Of a stretch of DNA of 64,000 nt, positions 25,681 through 38,744 are shown piece by piece. The position numbers and the translations under genes were made by a program. The notes under the pieces were generated by a model, which was not told the origin of the DNA, did not search any database, and worked only from the letters and a program-made list of their open reading frames with translations. Positions within the stretch are counted from its first letter, which is position 1. Each line of letters starts with the position of its first letter. Where the stretch lies: the NCBI GenBank assembly GCA_963514005.1, contig OY740797.1, positions 17,298,001-17,362,000 of the forward strand, in the 5' to 3' direction. The DNA comes from Raja brachyura. Taxonomy: Eukaryota.

Positions 25681-26638
25681 TTGTTATATCATAACTGCAC
25701 ATGTGAAAAATTGGCTTGTATTTGCTGCGGTTTAGAAGAATAGGGGAATGTCTCACTGGGAGGGCTTGAGAAGTATATGTAGCAAGACCAAGACAAATTC
25801 AAGACCAGTACATTTTAATACCAGTGTAAGCTTAGAAATTAGATAGTGATTATTTCGCATTAATGAATTCAGTGTCATGGCAATAACTGTTTGGAGGTTC
25901 TTTCAGTTTATTTTTAGAATCCCTCCAGCTGTTTTCTAGTGAGTAATGGTTGCACAACATGCATGGTTTCCACATCAGCAGCCTGCAAGCCATGCCTTTC
26001 TCCGCCAACTAACCCACCCTTTTGGTCCATTGCTGGGAACATTAGACCACCCTGGTGGTCAGCATTCAGCATTCAGGATCAGCTAGAAATTAGAAACAGC
26101 TCCGTACTTCCATGTGAAGTCAAAACATTGTGTCGCCCGCCTGACAGTGTTGGAGTTGCATGAAGTGTGAGAATGATGCACAGTTCATACAACAACATCA
26201 AAGGCTTGCCTTGTGCAATGCTGCGGTAACACTGACATCACTTTCAGTCTGGTGTGCCCTGAGGATATGTTGAAAGGCCTGGCTCTACTCAGCAAGAAAC
26301 ACCGCAGGGGCCATCCTGACATGCAGCTCCCGAAAGGACAAATCACAGAGCAAGCAAAGCTCTTCTAACGCCATCTGGATCGTGCAAATGAATAAATGGA
26401 TGGTGCAATAATGGGAGCGTGTAGCAATGATCAGAGGGAGAGGGAGGGTCTAACAGTAAGAGGGCGACGGAAAGCTTTACAGTGCCAGAGGGCAAAGGGG
26501 AATGTTAAAGTGAGGGGAAGAGGGAGAATATTATAGTGAAGCAGGGTGAGGGAGAACGTTATAGTGTGGTGGTGAAAGATAATATTACAGTGAAGGGACG
26601 AGGAGAGTGGTACCATGTGGGTATGAGAGGAGTTGTTA

Positions 26639-26898
26639 TGCCCCTGTCCCACTTAGGAAACCTGAACAGAAACCTCTGGAGACTTTGCGCCCCACCCAAG
26701 GTTTCCGTGCGGTTCCCGGAGGTTTTTGTCCTCCGGCAACCACCTTCAACTAGCATCGCAACCGGCTTCGACTAAAGAATTACCGATTGCGACCATTAGG
26801 GAGACTGGCAAACACCTCCGGGAACCGCACGGAAACCTTGGGTGGGACGCAAAGTCTCCAGAGGTTTCCGTTCAGTTTTCCTAAGTGGGACAGGGGCA
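26639..26898. mobile_element. MITE (PIF/Harbinger-like) with ~85-bp terminal inverted repeats
   Basis: tgcccctgtcccacttaggaaa...cggttcccggaggt / acctccgggaaccg...tttcctaagtgggacaggggca; flanks tta / taa. Confidence 0.85.
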
Positions 26899-26984
26899 TA
26901 ACAGTGAGTTAGTGAAGGAGTGTGTTACAGTGAGGGGTGTGTGTTACAGTGAGGGGGGGAAATGGTGTGGGTTAGCAAGAGTTA

Positions 26985-27197
26985 CTTTAAAAAGAAAATT
27001 CAAAATAGACTTTATTCAGGTAATAAATATATACAATACATGAACCGTGCAAAAAAATTAATCCGACATTTTCGGAGGGTATACCAATTGTTCAATACAG
27101 TCTATATACATTGCTCAAATTTCAGGAATCTGTCCCCCACCCGTGCCACTCATGTGGCCCCCTGGCGTGGGATACCTTCCCTTATTTTGAGGGGCGT
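26985..27197 (-). mobile_element. Non-LTR element 3' tail (family uncertain)
   Basis: AATAAA on the minus strand (tttatt at ~27011); sequence interrupts the minisatellite. Confidence 0.4.
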
Positions 27198-28037
27198 GTT
27201 ACAGTGAGATGGTGAGGGAGAGTGTCGCATGACAAATGCCTGCTTTGGTTTTAATTTCAGCTTATTATCAGTATTTAAATTCCATATCTGCCGTGGTGGG
27301 AATTGAACACAGGGTCTCATTGGGGCCCACTAAATTGTTAACATTGTAATTTAACTGCTGCACCACCATCATGTAAATCCACGTGCCCGACTTGACCCTC
27401 ATCTCTCAGTTCAGGATAGATGATTGCCATTGATGTTCACACCCTGAGAACCAATAGAATAAGCACCAAGTAACATTGGTCATTTTTATTCTGTAAAAGC
27501 TACAGGTGATCCAACAATCTGTCTGGTGATGTTCACCAGCAACAGGGCACTGTTGAGGGAGTTTGATCTGGAAAAACTTAACTTTTATGGACAGCGGGAT
27601 TTTAGGTATTTTCATTGTCCTTCCAATATGCAGTCAGCATGAGTAAATATTCCCATCTCTTTGCATTTATCCGGCCACCACCACACGTCATTGACAAGAT
27701 ATCTGCTCCTGTCTGTGATGTCCAATGTGTTTGGCTGTGGGGAGAACTTTGGAAACACACCAAGGAGGTTTTACCTTTCTTGCAACTTCATTGTTGTTGC
27801 ATTTATTTAGTTTTCATGTACTGATAAGGAAATAAACATCTTCCTTTGACAAAGAGTTTATTACTTGTGACAAATGTAGGTGATGATGTAGGTGTTTTAT
27901 GCTGCATTTGATGGCAACATCCTTTCCATGTAAATGGTGAGCGTAGTTTTGATTGTAGTTAATTGAACACAACTTGATTCAGTGACATGGAACAATTGAG
28001 TAGGTCAAGAAGCTTCATTTTGTTTCATGTGTTTGGT

Positions 28038-28470
28038 AAAAGGACAAAGGACATTTATTGTCGCATACACCAATTGGTGCAGTGAAATTTGAGTTACCAT
28101 GCAGCACACAAATAAGATAAACACAACACTTTAGAATTTAACATAAACCATAAAAAACATCCCCCCACAGTGGAATCATAATTTCCCACTGTGAGGGAAG
28201 GTACCAAAGTTCAGCCCTCTCCCTCTGTTCACCCGTGGTCGGGGCCTATTGAGGCCTCCGCAGTCACCGCTACAGGCCCGATGTTTCAGGCCCTCGAACG
28301 GAAGAACACTCTCAGTGGCCCAGAGCCTCCGAATCGGCCGCTTCCTACCGGAGACCGCGGCTTCCAAAGTCCACAGGCTGAGCTGGCGGAGATTCAACGC
28401 TGGCGACCTCGGCGAGGGATCCCAGGGCTCCACGATGTTAAAGTCAGTGCCACCCGCGGCTGGAATGCCA
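28038..28470 (-). mobile_element. Young CpG-rich Rex1/Babar-like element fragment with (CCTTTGT)n tail
   Basis: aaaggacaaaggacatttattgtcgcatacaccaattggtgcagtgaaatttga is the antisense of the tail at 1061-1180; body is CpG-rich. Confidence 0.6.
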
Positions 28471-28494
28471 GTGCCCAGGTGAGGAATTGTGAGG

Positions 28495-28610
28495 GCCCAG
28501 ATGGGGAATTGGGGGGAGGGGGGAAGGTATGCTGAGAGGTTACCTAAAATTGTACATTTCAATGTTCGTACCACTGGGTGATGCGATACGAAAGCAAAAT
28601 ACGAAATTTG
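28495..28610 (-). mobile_element. Penelope (Neptune-type) GIY-YIG C-terminal fragment
   Basis: gttacctaaaattgtacatttcaatgttcgtaccactggg is homologous to 56641-56700. Confidence 0.55.
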
Positions 28611-29638
28611 ATCTCAGTCTTGTTGGTGTAGTTTTAAGAAGTATAATTGAACTGGAGAACACTCAGTGGAACAAGGCCACATCTACAAGGGAGAAGGTCT
28701 TATTTTTATTGTATACCACTCTCTGACCCCAGTGCCGAAATGGCACTCGGCAAAGGGGGTTTACAAGTTGTGTCATTCACACAGAATAACATTCCTTATC
28801 CCATCTCGAAGCTGTTTCATTTCCAGTATGTCATAATGAATGGGAGAGTCAATTGGGGCCAAAACGTTAACACTATTTAACAACCATCAGGCCAGCAGAT
28901 ACATGAAGGGCACTCCAGAATCACCATTAGTTGTGATTTACATCAAAATTATTACAGTATCCTTTTATTTCACATTTACTAACGAGGACCCTGAACTCTA
29001 CTAAAAGGGTTATTTGACACGTTTAAACCTAGCCCACTGGCTAACATGCGAATGCTAACTGATGTACAAGGACCTTTCCAGATTTTTTCCAAAATGCCAA
29101 GTGGCAATGACAATTATATCTTGAGACCGAATGATGAAGAGAGTGGTATCCATTTCTACCAGTTTCTAACTGGATGGGCTAGGTTCAGCCTCTCCTTCCT
29201 CTTAACTCTGCCAAGGGAAAACAGGGAAATGTTTCACAGTCTAATTTCCTAAACTGTACCCTGGTCCTTTTATCTCCTTGTGGTGAACACTGTCATGATT
29301 GCTACAATGATCCAGGTTTGACTGTTGGAACGTCTGGGGTTGAAAGGAGGATTGTGTAAACAGAACTTGGTTTACTGATCATAGGAGGAGGTGTGTATTC
29401 ACATAATTGTTTTAACCATATGTAACAGAGAGTAGGCTCTGTTAACAATGTTAAAATGGTAAGAATGAAAGAACAAAACATTTGGAGCTAAAAAATGTCA
29501 CACATAATGGGACATGTGTAGGCGGTGCAATGGTGCATGAATTCAGCATTGTGCTGCCACGTACTGCAAGTGGAGGACTTGGTGCAGTTGTATACATGGG
29601 CTGCTCTTCACCATCTAAGTTGGTAAACGGGCTGCACA

Positions 29639-30245
29639 GGACGGCACAGTGTTCAGTTCCTTTCAGTTCAGAGATACAACACTGAAACAGGCCCTTCGGC
29701 CTACCTAGTCCACACCGACCAGAGATCCGGACCACACATACTAGGGGCATTTTTTTAACATTTACACCAAGTCAATTAACCTACAAACCTCCGTGGTGTA
29801 CGTCTTTGGAGTGTGGAAGGAAACTGAAGATTTCGGAGAAAACGCATGCAGGTAACGTACAAACTCCGTACTGACAGCATTTGTAGTCAGGATCGAACCC
29901 AGGTCTCTGGCGCAGTAAGGCAGTAGCTCTCCGACTACGCCAACGTGTTGACCCAGTGATGCGGCAGTAGAGTTGCTGCCTTACAGCGCCAGAGCCCCTG
30001 GTTCAATCCTGACTATGGGTACTGTCTGTAGGGAGTTTGGATGTACTCCCCCTGACTGTGTGGGTTTTCTCCGGGAGCTCCGGTTTCCTTCCACATTCCA
30101 AAGATGTGCAAGTATGTAGGTTAATTGGCTTATGTAAATTGTCCCTAGGGTGTAGTGTAAGATAGAACCAGTGTACGGGTGATCATCGGTCGGCATGGAC
30201 TTGGTGGGTTAAAGGGCCTGTTTCCACACTGTTTCTCTGAACTAA
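29639..30245 (+). mobile_element. HE1-type V-SINE interrupted at its A-box
   Basis: ggacggcacagtg | insertion | cagtgatgcggcagtagagttgctgcc...gggcctgtttccacactg. Confidence 0.8.
29652..29954 (-). mobile_element. HE1-type V-SINE nested in the head of another copy
   Basis: Antisense full-length copy flanked by cagtg at 29647-29651 and 29954-29958. Confidence 0.85.
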
Positions 30246-31479
30246 TCTGCATTACGGCATAGAGGGAATGCTCAACAAGTCAGTGTAATGTACAAAGATT
30301 TGTGCTGGTGTTCAAATTTTGGAGGAGGATGTTGGCATAAGGATCTCATTCAGATTTAGAAGGGAACCAATCTTAACTGTGACAGGGTAACATTTAGTGC
30401 AAGTCAATATTCTATACACAGCTATAAAACTAATGCAAACCATATGCATGGGATGCAGGGCTCTGAACTGAAGTTTGTTGACTGGAATGATACTATGATC
30501 AGTACTGTATTATTGTAGCAAAGGCGAAACTGATGGGGAGGTGGCAAGTGAATTCCAGTTCTGAAACAGTAGATGCAACATGGCTTATTTGCTTTATCTT
30601 GTTTTGGAACCTTGAAAGATATAGAGAGAGAGAGGTTAAGTCTCAAATGGCATCTGCATCTCAGATCAATAGGAAATGTGTCCAGTGTTTAAAAATGCAT
30701 ACACTTTCCTTAGTGTTGTGTCTCACTGATCTATTGCATGCAATTACAACTACATGAGCATTCTCCGTCTAAATGCAATCTCTGCTGTTGGAACCACAGT
30801 ATGTACTAATTCTAATTCTAGATGACATATTAAATGTTAATTTAATTGCACAATTGGCCGCTTTATATAGCAAAATCAGATTGCATTAAGATGAAACTGT
30901 TTTTGTAATTTCTCTCGGCTGTTATAACTTTCAGTGGCAAGAGTGTAGTCCTGTACTAATATTAATTCCCTGGAATTTTGGAACCACCGTCCACAGAATG
31001 CATGAAGGTTACATCGTGATGGACAGAAGTTCTAATGTTGAACGGTATAGTTACAGTAGAATAATTACCATCAGGCCTTATTATTGTTTATGTATGCAAA
31101 CAAATATTTGTTGTGCTTTGCAAAAATCGAATGGGATGCAATGGAGCAGTAACCATTTATTTTAACTAAATTAATCTCGCAACTAAAACATAATAAGTCA
31201 TAAGTTCGCTAAAAGGACCTTTTGTGCAAGTGGAATAAATTGGTTCCACTGTCTGCATTTATGGATCAACATGGTGCAAAGTCACAAGGAGCTACCAAAA
31301 AACATATTGTTTGCTCGCAAACTCTACTCTAGCTTAGGATTGCTAACACTAAAACGTCAAATGATAAAACTTATTTAAGGCACTCTTAGTTAATGCATTA
31401 CCAAATAATAATACTCTTAATTATGGTCCTCATCTAATCAATTACTAATCTTAAATACCTACAATGAAAACTACAAGGT

Positions 31480-32560
31480 CTCATTGGCTGATGACATGAA
31501 GATTGGTAGCATTGTAAATGTAAATCTGTGCTCAAATGATTTGAACATTGGCAAAGTTAAGTTTATGTACTTTGGACCTAAATAAATGCAAGAAGAGCAA
31601 ACTTTCTAAAATTGGAAAGCTAGAATAGGAGAAGACTAAAACGTCTACAATCTTTGGAGTCCGGTGATTATTATTATGCAACCAGGCCACACACGTGTTC
31701 CTCATGTTTGATGTACAGAGCTGTTAACTGTACGCGTATGGCCATAATCTAGACTTTATAAAGCTTCAGCGTAATCTTTACCTCCTAGTGTTCTAGAACT
31801 GTGTGGTATTTTGAGCCCCATACCCAAGCATATTAACACTGGATAATGCAGTTTATATGCATCCATATGATATTCAAATAGATTGAGGGAATTAGACGAT
31901 AGATTAGATCGAAGTTGGAGCACAATGAATAGTTCTGGATAACATTCTTTGAAAATAGGTCAATTGGCCTTGGGAGCAGAACACCCTAGATTTAAGAGAA
32001 TATTACTTGGATTCCAAGAGTTACATAACAAGGAGAACCATTTTGCCCTGGAGTAAAGAAGAGTAAGAAGGAATGAACAAAGTTTTTAGGATTCTCAGGG
32101 GACCTGATATGGTGGAAAGAGAAGATTATTACAGCTGGTTGATAGGTCTGAGGCAAGTTGAAGGGATTGGGCCTTTGAATGTATTGGGAAAGACTGGTTC
32201 ATGGAAAAGGGGGTGGATGTGTGGAATTGTGCTCCACTCCTGGAGTCATACATCATGGAAACAGGCCCAAGATGTCTAAGCTGGTCCTATTTGCCCACGT
32301 TTGACACGTTTTCTTCTAAACCTTTCCTATCCCTGTACTTGCCCAAATGTCTTAAGTGTTGTTACTACATATAAAGATTAAATATAAGAGTTATAATAAT
32401 ATTAATAACATAATATTAAATGTTAGATATAAGATCTGACTGTGGGTAGTAAAGGATTTGGAGCAAAGGCAGAGAAATGAAGTTCCTTCTTAGATCTGTC
32501 ATAATGCCAAAGGACACATTAGGATTGAGGAGCTAAGCGCCTGACACATCCCTTGTTCAT
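31480..32560 (+). mobile_element. Old CR1-type LINE fragment with a younger antisense CR1 tail (32243-32370) inserted
   Basis: ttggctgatgacatgaagattggt (LADDMKIG) at ~31484 and CR1-like 3' text. Confidence 0.6.
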
Positions 32561-33519
32561 GAACTTCTACCCTCAATCTCACCACTGAGCGCAGCTCTGA
32601 TTTGAGCAACACACGAGCTCAATATAGCAAGACTAATAATCTTCATTTTATTGCAGTTCCTTTCAAAGGTTGCTGTTTATTGCGGGATAAGGCATGAATT
32701 TGTGTTTTCCAGATGTCAATTCAGAGTTTTAAAGCGTAACCTACTGCAGTCCTTTATATTGCTTAAATAGCTACATTCATTTTATTTTTAATATAGACTG
32801 GATATAAAGCTTTTCCCCAGTAGCTGATATATGTGGTCAACTAGGAGTTTTGGGAATACCTGTAACCTGATGAGGCTCCTTACCTGTGCACAAGACTCTG
32901 AAAAGTCGTCTTCCTGCCATTTCAAACGCACAGTATTATGTAAATATTGTGTGAATATTGTGTATTTTTTACTCATTGTACTGCAAATCTTTTGTTCACT
33001 CATTTTAATTCAGTTTATCAGGAAGCCAACATAGCAGCCAAAGCACTGGAACGTTTAGATTAGTTGTATTTTCCTTGCTTTCTTTAACTTGCTGATTTCC
33101 CATTCAAGCTCAATGCGTTGGATATGTAAGCATTGTAATCTTTGAGTAATTTTAACCATTTGTTTGAGGTGATGAAATTCATGGACGTGATTGTCAACCC
33201 AGCCCGTTGGGTGTAATTTGCATGTATATACTATGCATAATGTCAATGTTGTTATGTAGAATGGTGAGTGACAAACATAATGTTGACTGGGTGCGGTTGT
33301 GTTATATAATAACTCAGGTTTGAGCTTTCTCTACTCAAAGCACTTCTCCCCATTAGATGGTTTTGGGTCCTGTTCGTATCATACTCTTTTTGGTCACATG
33401 AACCTCTTGTTATTTGGGGGAGAGGAAGACTGAGACACAGAGAGACACATTCCTATATTCCTATATTACAACATTTCTAAAAGGCTTTCATGGTTTTTGA
33501 AGCATTTTGAAATTCTTGA

Positions 33520-34040
33520 AATCATTAAAGGACACTAGGGGTAAGCTTGCCCTCTCTTCATCAGACACTCCCTTGAGTAGAGTGGTCCTGTTCTTTGTTT
33601 TCAACAATAGTAGCTGCTGAAACACATTGCCATAGCGGCGTTGAGAAGAATAAAGGGTAATCTTACAAAACATGTAATTTGTTAGGGGGCTTTGCAGGGT
33701 AGATGTTGAGATGTTTTCACCAACGGAAGTCTTGAATGAGGAAGCATAGTTTCAAGGTAAAGGGCAGGCCATTTAAAACCAAGGTACACAGAAATTACTT
33801 CTTGCAGCAGGTAGTGAATCTTCTGCATTCTCCAGTCCAGAATTGTCTGGAGGCTTGATCATTGGAAGTAGTTAAGGTGCAGGTAGATCAAATTTTAAAG
33901 ACGTGAGAGATTGAGAGATCCGGGACAGAGGAAAAGTTGAGGTCTTCAGTAGATCAAACCAATGAACATGTTGAATGGTGGGGCAGGGTTGAAGGGCCAG
34001 ATGATCTACTCCTTGCCTTATTTCCAAATGTTCTACATAA
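33520..34040 (+). mobile_element. CR1-type LINE 3' end
   Basis: gtagtgaatc...ggaggcttgatcattgg...ttgaatggtggggcagggttgaagggccagatgatctactcc. Confidence 0.75.
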
Positions 34041-34351
34041 ATGCATGCCTGCAGAGGAAGAAAGGTGGAGAAGAGGTGAGGTGCACAGAAAATCACATCG
34101 TGAGGCTGACGTGGAGCATAAAGTAACAGCCAGTGTAGACCAGAATAACTCGCACACAGAATCATTGACAAATCAGATTTGACAGATCTGTAGAGTCGGA
34201 GATTTCAGCCCTTTATTCACCATTAATATTATAAACAGCAATATTCCAACAGTGTAACTGGAGGAGGGAGTCGGGTTACCCAGACAGAAAAGATAGTTCC
34301 CACGAGTGAGAAAGGATCCGAAAGATGCATGGGAGAAGGATCTTGATCTTT

Positions 34352-34478
34352 TGAAGAAGGGTCTCAAACCAAAACGTCTCATATTCCTTTTCTCCAGATA
34401 TACTGCTTGAGCCTCTGAGTTACTCCAGCATTTTGTATCTATCTTTGGTGTAAACCACAATCTGCAGTTCCTTCCTGC
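34352..34478 (+). mobile_element. Penelope-derived short unit (degenerate hammerhead core)
   Basis: ttgaagaagggtctcaaaccaaaacgtc...ctgcagttccttcct. Confidence 0.8.
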
Positions 34479-35164
34479 ATCGAAAGATGTATTGGCAGGT
34501 TAATAAATAAAAAGGATGGGTGGTTTGTTTGGAGGTAAATGATAGCAGAGAGTATTTGGGCCTAGTGGTCAGGCACGATGGAGTTCACTTTTCAAGTACA
34601 GTATTAGTAAATTTGGTAATTCATTGAAGATAATAGATAAAACAGAAAAATAATCTTGTTAGTTACATGCTTTCTGTCACTCACTAGCTTCTTACAGTCT
34701 TCCCACAATCTTTTCCTTTGGCAAAACAAGCCAGTGTGGGGCAAACTGAGGCTGCTGCAAATGGTGTTTTTGCAAATGAGAGTCTGGCTAAAATGCTACG
34801 AGAATGACGTGAGAATATTTGTTCAGAAGCAGCCTGAATTTACAGCAGCAGTCAGACTACATTTGCTGGAGGCATGGTGAGGCGAGATTGTGGCTGTGGC
34901 AATGTGTTTCAGCAGTTGCTATTCTTGCAAACAAGCAAGCAGCAGAACCACTCCACGAACGCAGTGTATGATTAAGGGAAGACGAGCTTGCCCCTAGCAA
35001 CCTGTACAGGACATTATAGTGAATCCAGCAAGTATCACTATCCAGTAGTAATATGCCTCGCCTTTTCAAGTACAGTATTTTAATATAATACCAGGAATCT
35101 GCACAATTTACAGTTTCCTCCCAGGAACACATAGCTGGCATGTTCCTCCAGTTGCCTGATTCTG

Positions 35165-35494
35165 ATTGTGAGTTCCCCTGGTCCTCATCTTTCACCCAAC
35201 ACCCTCTGCAACCAACACATCTTTCTCTGACACTTCCGCCATCTTCCACAATTGACTTTTCAGCAGTCCCATCTTTCCGGACCCCTTTGTATTTTTCATA
35301 GGCACCAATCTCTCTGCAACGTTTTGGTTTGCTTATCCCTTCCCACCCAACCAGCCCTTGCACAGGCACTTTCCTCTGCAACCACAGGAGATGTAATACC
35401 TGCCCCTTCAACCCCTATTTAACATCCATCGAGGGACATCAGCAGCTCTTTCAGGTGAAATAGAAGTACCTCTTCCAACCTCATCAATTGCCTT

Positions 35495-35556
<62 letters not shown>

Positions 35557-36088
35557 TATTTTATTGTCATTACACATAAGTGCAACAAGATTTGGTTTGC
35601 AACTCCATTCATGGTGCTCCCGATGTGGCCTCCTTTACATCGGCAAGACCAAACATAGACGAGGTGGACATAGGCCTTCCTGTCCTAGGCCTCCTCCATT
35701 GCCAGAGTAAGGCTACACATGAATTGGAAGAGCAGCACCTTATATTCCACATGGGTAGCAGACAACTCAACAATTTGAGAAATGCATTCTCTAAATAATC
35801 CTCTCTCTCTCCCAATAATCCCAACTTCCCTCTCTTTCCCCTGTCCCCTTCCCCACCACAGTGCGCACACATTTCTTCCAACTTCTCCTCCCACTCTACT
35901 CACACTATCCCTTTCTCTTCCTCTACACTCAACCCTTTTCCAGCTTTCTCCCCCCAACTCCATGTCGGAAGAAAGGTTCCATCCCGAAACGTTGCCTGTC
36001 CATTCCTTCCACATATGCTGCCTGACCCACTGAGTTCTTCCAGCGCCTTGTGTTTTTCTCAGGATTCCAGCATCTGCAGCTTCCTGTG
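35165..36088 (+). mobile_element. Decayed Penelope-like element (Neptune type): RT C-terminus, Cys-rich linker, GIY-YIG endonuclease, 3' UTR and hammerhead-bearing terminal unit
   Basis: Frame-shifted VPLVLIFHP, GTFLCNHRRCNTCP, CSRCGLLYIGKTK, VLGLLHCQSKATHELEEQHLIFHMGS; then cggaaga...gaaacgtt at 35966-35993 and the same terminal sequence as the short units. Confidence 0.85.
35498..35556. repeat. (AAT)n microsatellite, tail of a short antisense non-LTR insertion (to ~35611)
   Basis: About 19 AAT units followed by ttttattgtcattacac; tggt is repeated on both sides of the insertion. Confidence 0.9.
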
Positions 36089-36888
36089 ATTCCTGCTTGT
36101 GATTGGTGCTTCTCTATGGTATTTGATTCACAATTCTCTTGAAGGCTGCTGACTCTTCTTTCCTCCGCCATCTCCATTAGTTATTGAAGTGACTGAACAG
36201 CAGGTTTTGTCTTCGTGTGTGCCACATATTGTACAAGGAGTTCCCTTCAGCTCAGTGCATGGCAGTGGAGATGACAGTTCTCTGTGCACTGGGTTGACAG
36301 TCAGTAGAAAACAACCATCTAGTAGAAACAAAACACCTTCATCTCCACTTCCCTCCTAATGCCCGTACCCTACCCCAGCTTCTGTCATTTTTCTTCAATG
36401 TATTTGAGATTCTGGCAACAACAAATTGGATCTCTGCAGCTTCTTTGACATGGTATTTTACAGGAGCATATTGAACAAAAATTGCTACCTAGCTTTTTCA
36501 CGAATGGGCTGCCTGTGCTAAAAGGTATCTTTGATGCCAAAGCAAGCAGAATATGATCGAGATACAGGTCAGTGAAAGATGTTGGCTGTCTCACTTACAT
36601 CTAATCACGGATGAAAGAAGCCAAGCACACCTTTGTATTCAATCCACCCTGAAGATTTCTTGGCATCCATGGGCCCCGCCCATGACTTTTCTGATTTGTA
36701 AGTTTATTTATTTTTGATTCCAAGCTCAAGTCTATAATTCTGCACCTTTGGCAGTCTTGGGAAGGTTGTAGATTTGTGCAGCAGAGAAATAGGCCCATCA
36801 GCCCACCATTTCCCTATCAACCATGCAAATACCTATTGTACTAGTTCCATTTACATGCATGCAGTCGGTCAGGGTTTATCAATATTCA

Positions 36889-36982
36889 GTCTGACGAAGG
36901 GTCCCGACCTGAGACCTCACATATCCATGTGCTTCAGGGATGCTGCCTGACCCACTGAGTCACACCAGCACTTTATGTCATT
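36889..36982 (+). mobile_element. Penelope-derived short unit
   Basis: gtctgacga-a-gggtcccgacct-gagac...gatgctgcctgacccactgag. Confidence 0.8.
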
Positions 36983-37465
36983 AAAAAAAAATCAATATTC
37001 TAATTCTGTTGATCTAATTCAAACAAATTGACACTGACAGATCACCAAAATGTGCTGCATTAAAAGCATTAATTAATATGAATAAAATCACTCTTTAATC
37101 TGTTATCCGTCTTCTGCTCAATGTTGAATTACCAGGGTTTTGTTTTTATATTTTTGTGTTCAGTGTTCAGTTATGCAGACAGCTTGTCATCTGTCATTCC
37201 GACATGATAAAAGAATGTCATGACAACGGAAAAGCACTTGGCAAGTGAGGGCATCAAGACCTCATGAAGAGGAATGAAAAATTGTGAGACATTTATTTTA
37301 ATTTAATGGGGAGTTGACTGAACAATGGAGCAAGACAAAGGGTTAAATTACATTTGTTAGTTAGTTTTAGTACTTAAACACCAAACTGTGGATTTTCCTC
37401 AGCCTAGCATAGGCTCAGCACAGGAGGTAGCACAAATGCACAGTTAGTAGAGTCACTGTTTTAGA

Positions 37466-37800
37466 GGCAGCACAGTGGTGCAGCGGTAGAGTTCCTGCCC
37501 TACTGCGCCAGAGCTGCCAGTTTGATCTTGATAATGGGTGCAGTCTGTACGGAGTTTGTGCGTTCTCTCCGTGACCGCGTGGGTATTCTCCAGGAGTTCC
37601 GTTTTCCATTCACATTCCAAAGAAGGCAGGTTTTCAGGTTAATTGGCTTCTGTAAAATGTCCCCAGTATGTCGGATAGAACTTGTGTACAGATGATCGTT
37701 GGTCAGTGCGGACTCGGTAGGCCGAAGACCCTGTTTCCACACTGTAGCTCTATGCTAAACAAATCTCCAAACTAAACTAAACTAAACTCTAAACGAAACT
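37466..37800 (+). mobile_element. HE1-type V-SINE with extended (CTAAA)n tail
   Basis: ggcagcacagtggtgcagcggtagag head, V-domain and tail. Confidence 0.9.
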
Positions 37801-37911
37801 GTCTCACAGCGCTTGCAACCCAGGTTCAATCCTGGAGTTCACACAATATCCCTGTACCACATGATTTTTTTCCCCGAGTATTCTGTTTCCACCCATAGCC
37901 CAAAGACATAC

Positions 37912-38032
37912 AGTGTAGGAAGGAACTGCAAATGCTGAATAGACACAATATGCTGGAGTAACTCAGCGGGACAGGCAGCATCTCTGGAGAGAAGGAATGA
38001 GTGGCATTTCGGATTGAGACCCTTCTTCAGAC
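37912..38032 (-). mobile_element. Penelope-derived short unit nested in an older V-SINE (37801-38250)
   Basis: gtgtaggaaggaactgc...gagacccttcttcagact; agacatac is repeated on both sides. Confidence 0.8.
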
Positions 38033-38744
38033 TGAGACATACATTTTTGAAGGTTAATTGGCCACTGAAACATAGAAACATAGAAACATAGAACACGTAG
38101 ATGTTCTAGTAGGCTCTTGGAGTGGGGGGTATTAATGGGAATATGGGGTGAATAGGTTTCAAGGAAAATTAGTGGGTAATTAGTGGGTAATTGGCAATGC
38201 TCTAAAACCAAGATTGAGCACAATGCTAAGAGCCTGCCCTACATGTCATAAGAAAACAGGGTAACATAGAAATCCTCATTACCATGCCACCCATTACTTC
38301 AGTGGAAGAATGGTGTTATTTTGTTCTGTATCTTGAACTGTCATGGTTTAAAGTCACATTTCACGGCGGTATTCCAGTGCACTGACCTACCTCAGAATGC
38401 GACATTAATGCAAATCAAAATACTGCAGATGCTGGAAATCTGAAATAAAAACAGAAAATACCACAAACAATCAGCAGAACAGAGGACACCTGTTGAAGGG
38501 ACTTTGACTGGAATGTTAACTGTTTCACTTTCCGCAGATTGTTACTTGATGATATAATTTGCTTTAGGGGATGTTGTCAGCATCTTTCTCTTCACTAGAT
38601 AAAATGGGATAAACTCTGAATTTTACACAAAATAAAGACCGAAAATGCTTATTATTTAGTCCAGGAATGTTTATTTGTCATTTATCAGTGCTCTCACCAG
38701 TTTCTGCATTTTCTATATTAAAATTATAGTTTTGTACAGTCTAT

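Larger units (their letters stand above)
26430..27220. repeat. Purine-rich minisatellite (ttacagtgagggg-like unit) hosting a MITE and a LINE tail
   Basis: Repeated tacagtgaggg / tatagtg(a/t)gg units. Confidence 0.6.

Noticed and set aside
34857-35411. Longest ORF in the track (184 aa, minus)
   Set aside because: Partly antisense to the Penelope fossil; no recognisable domain.
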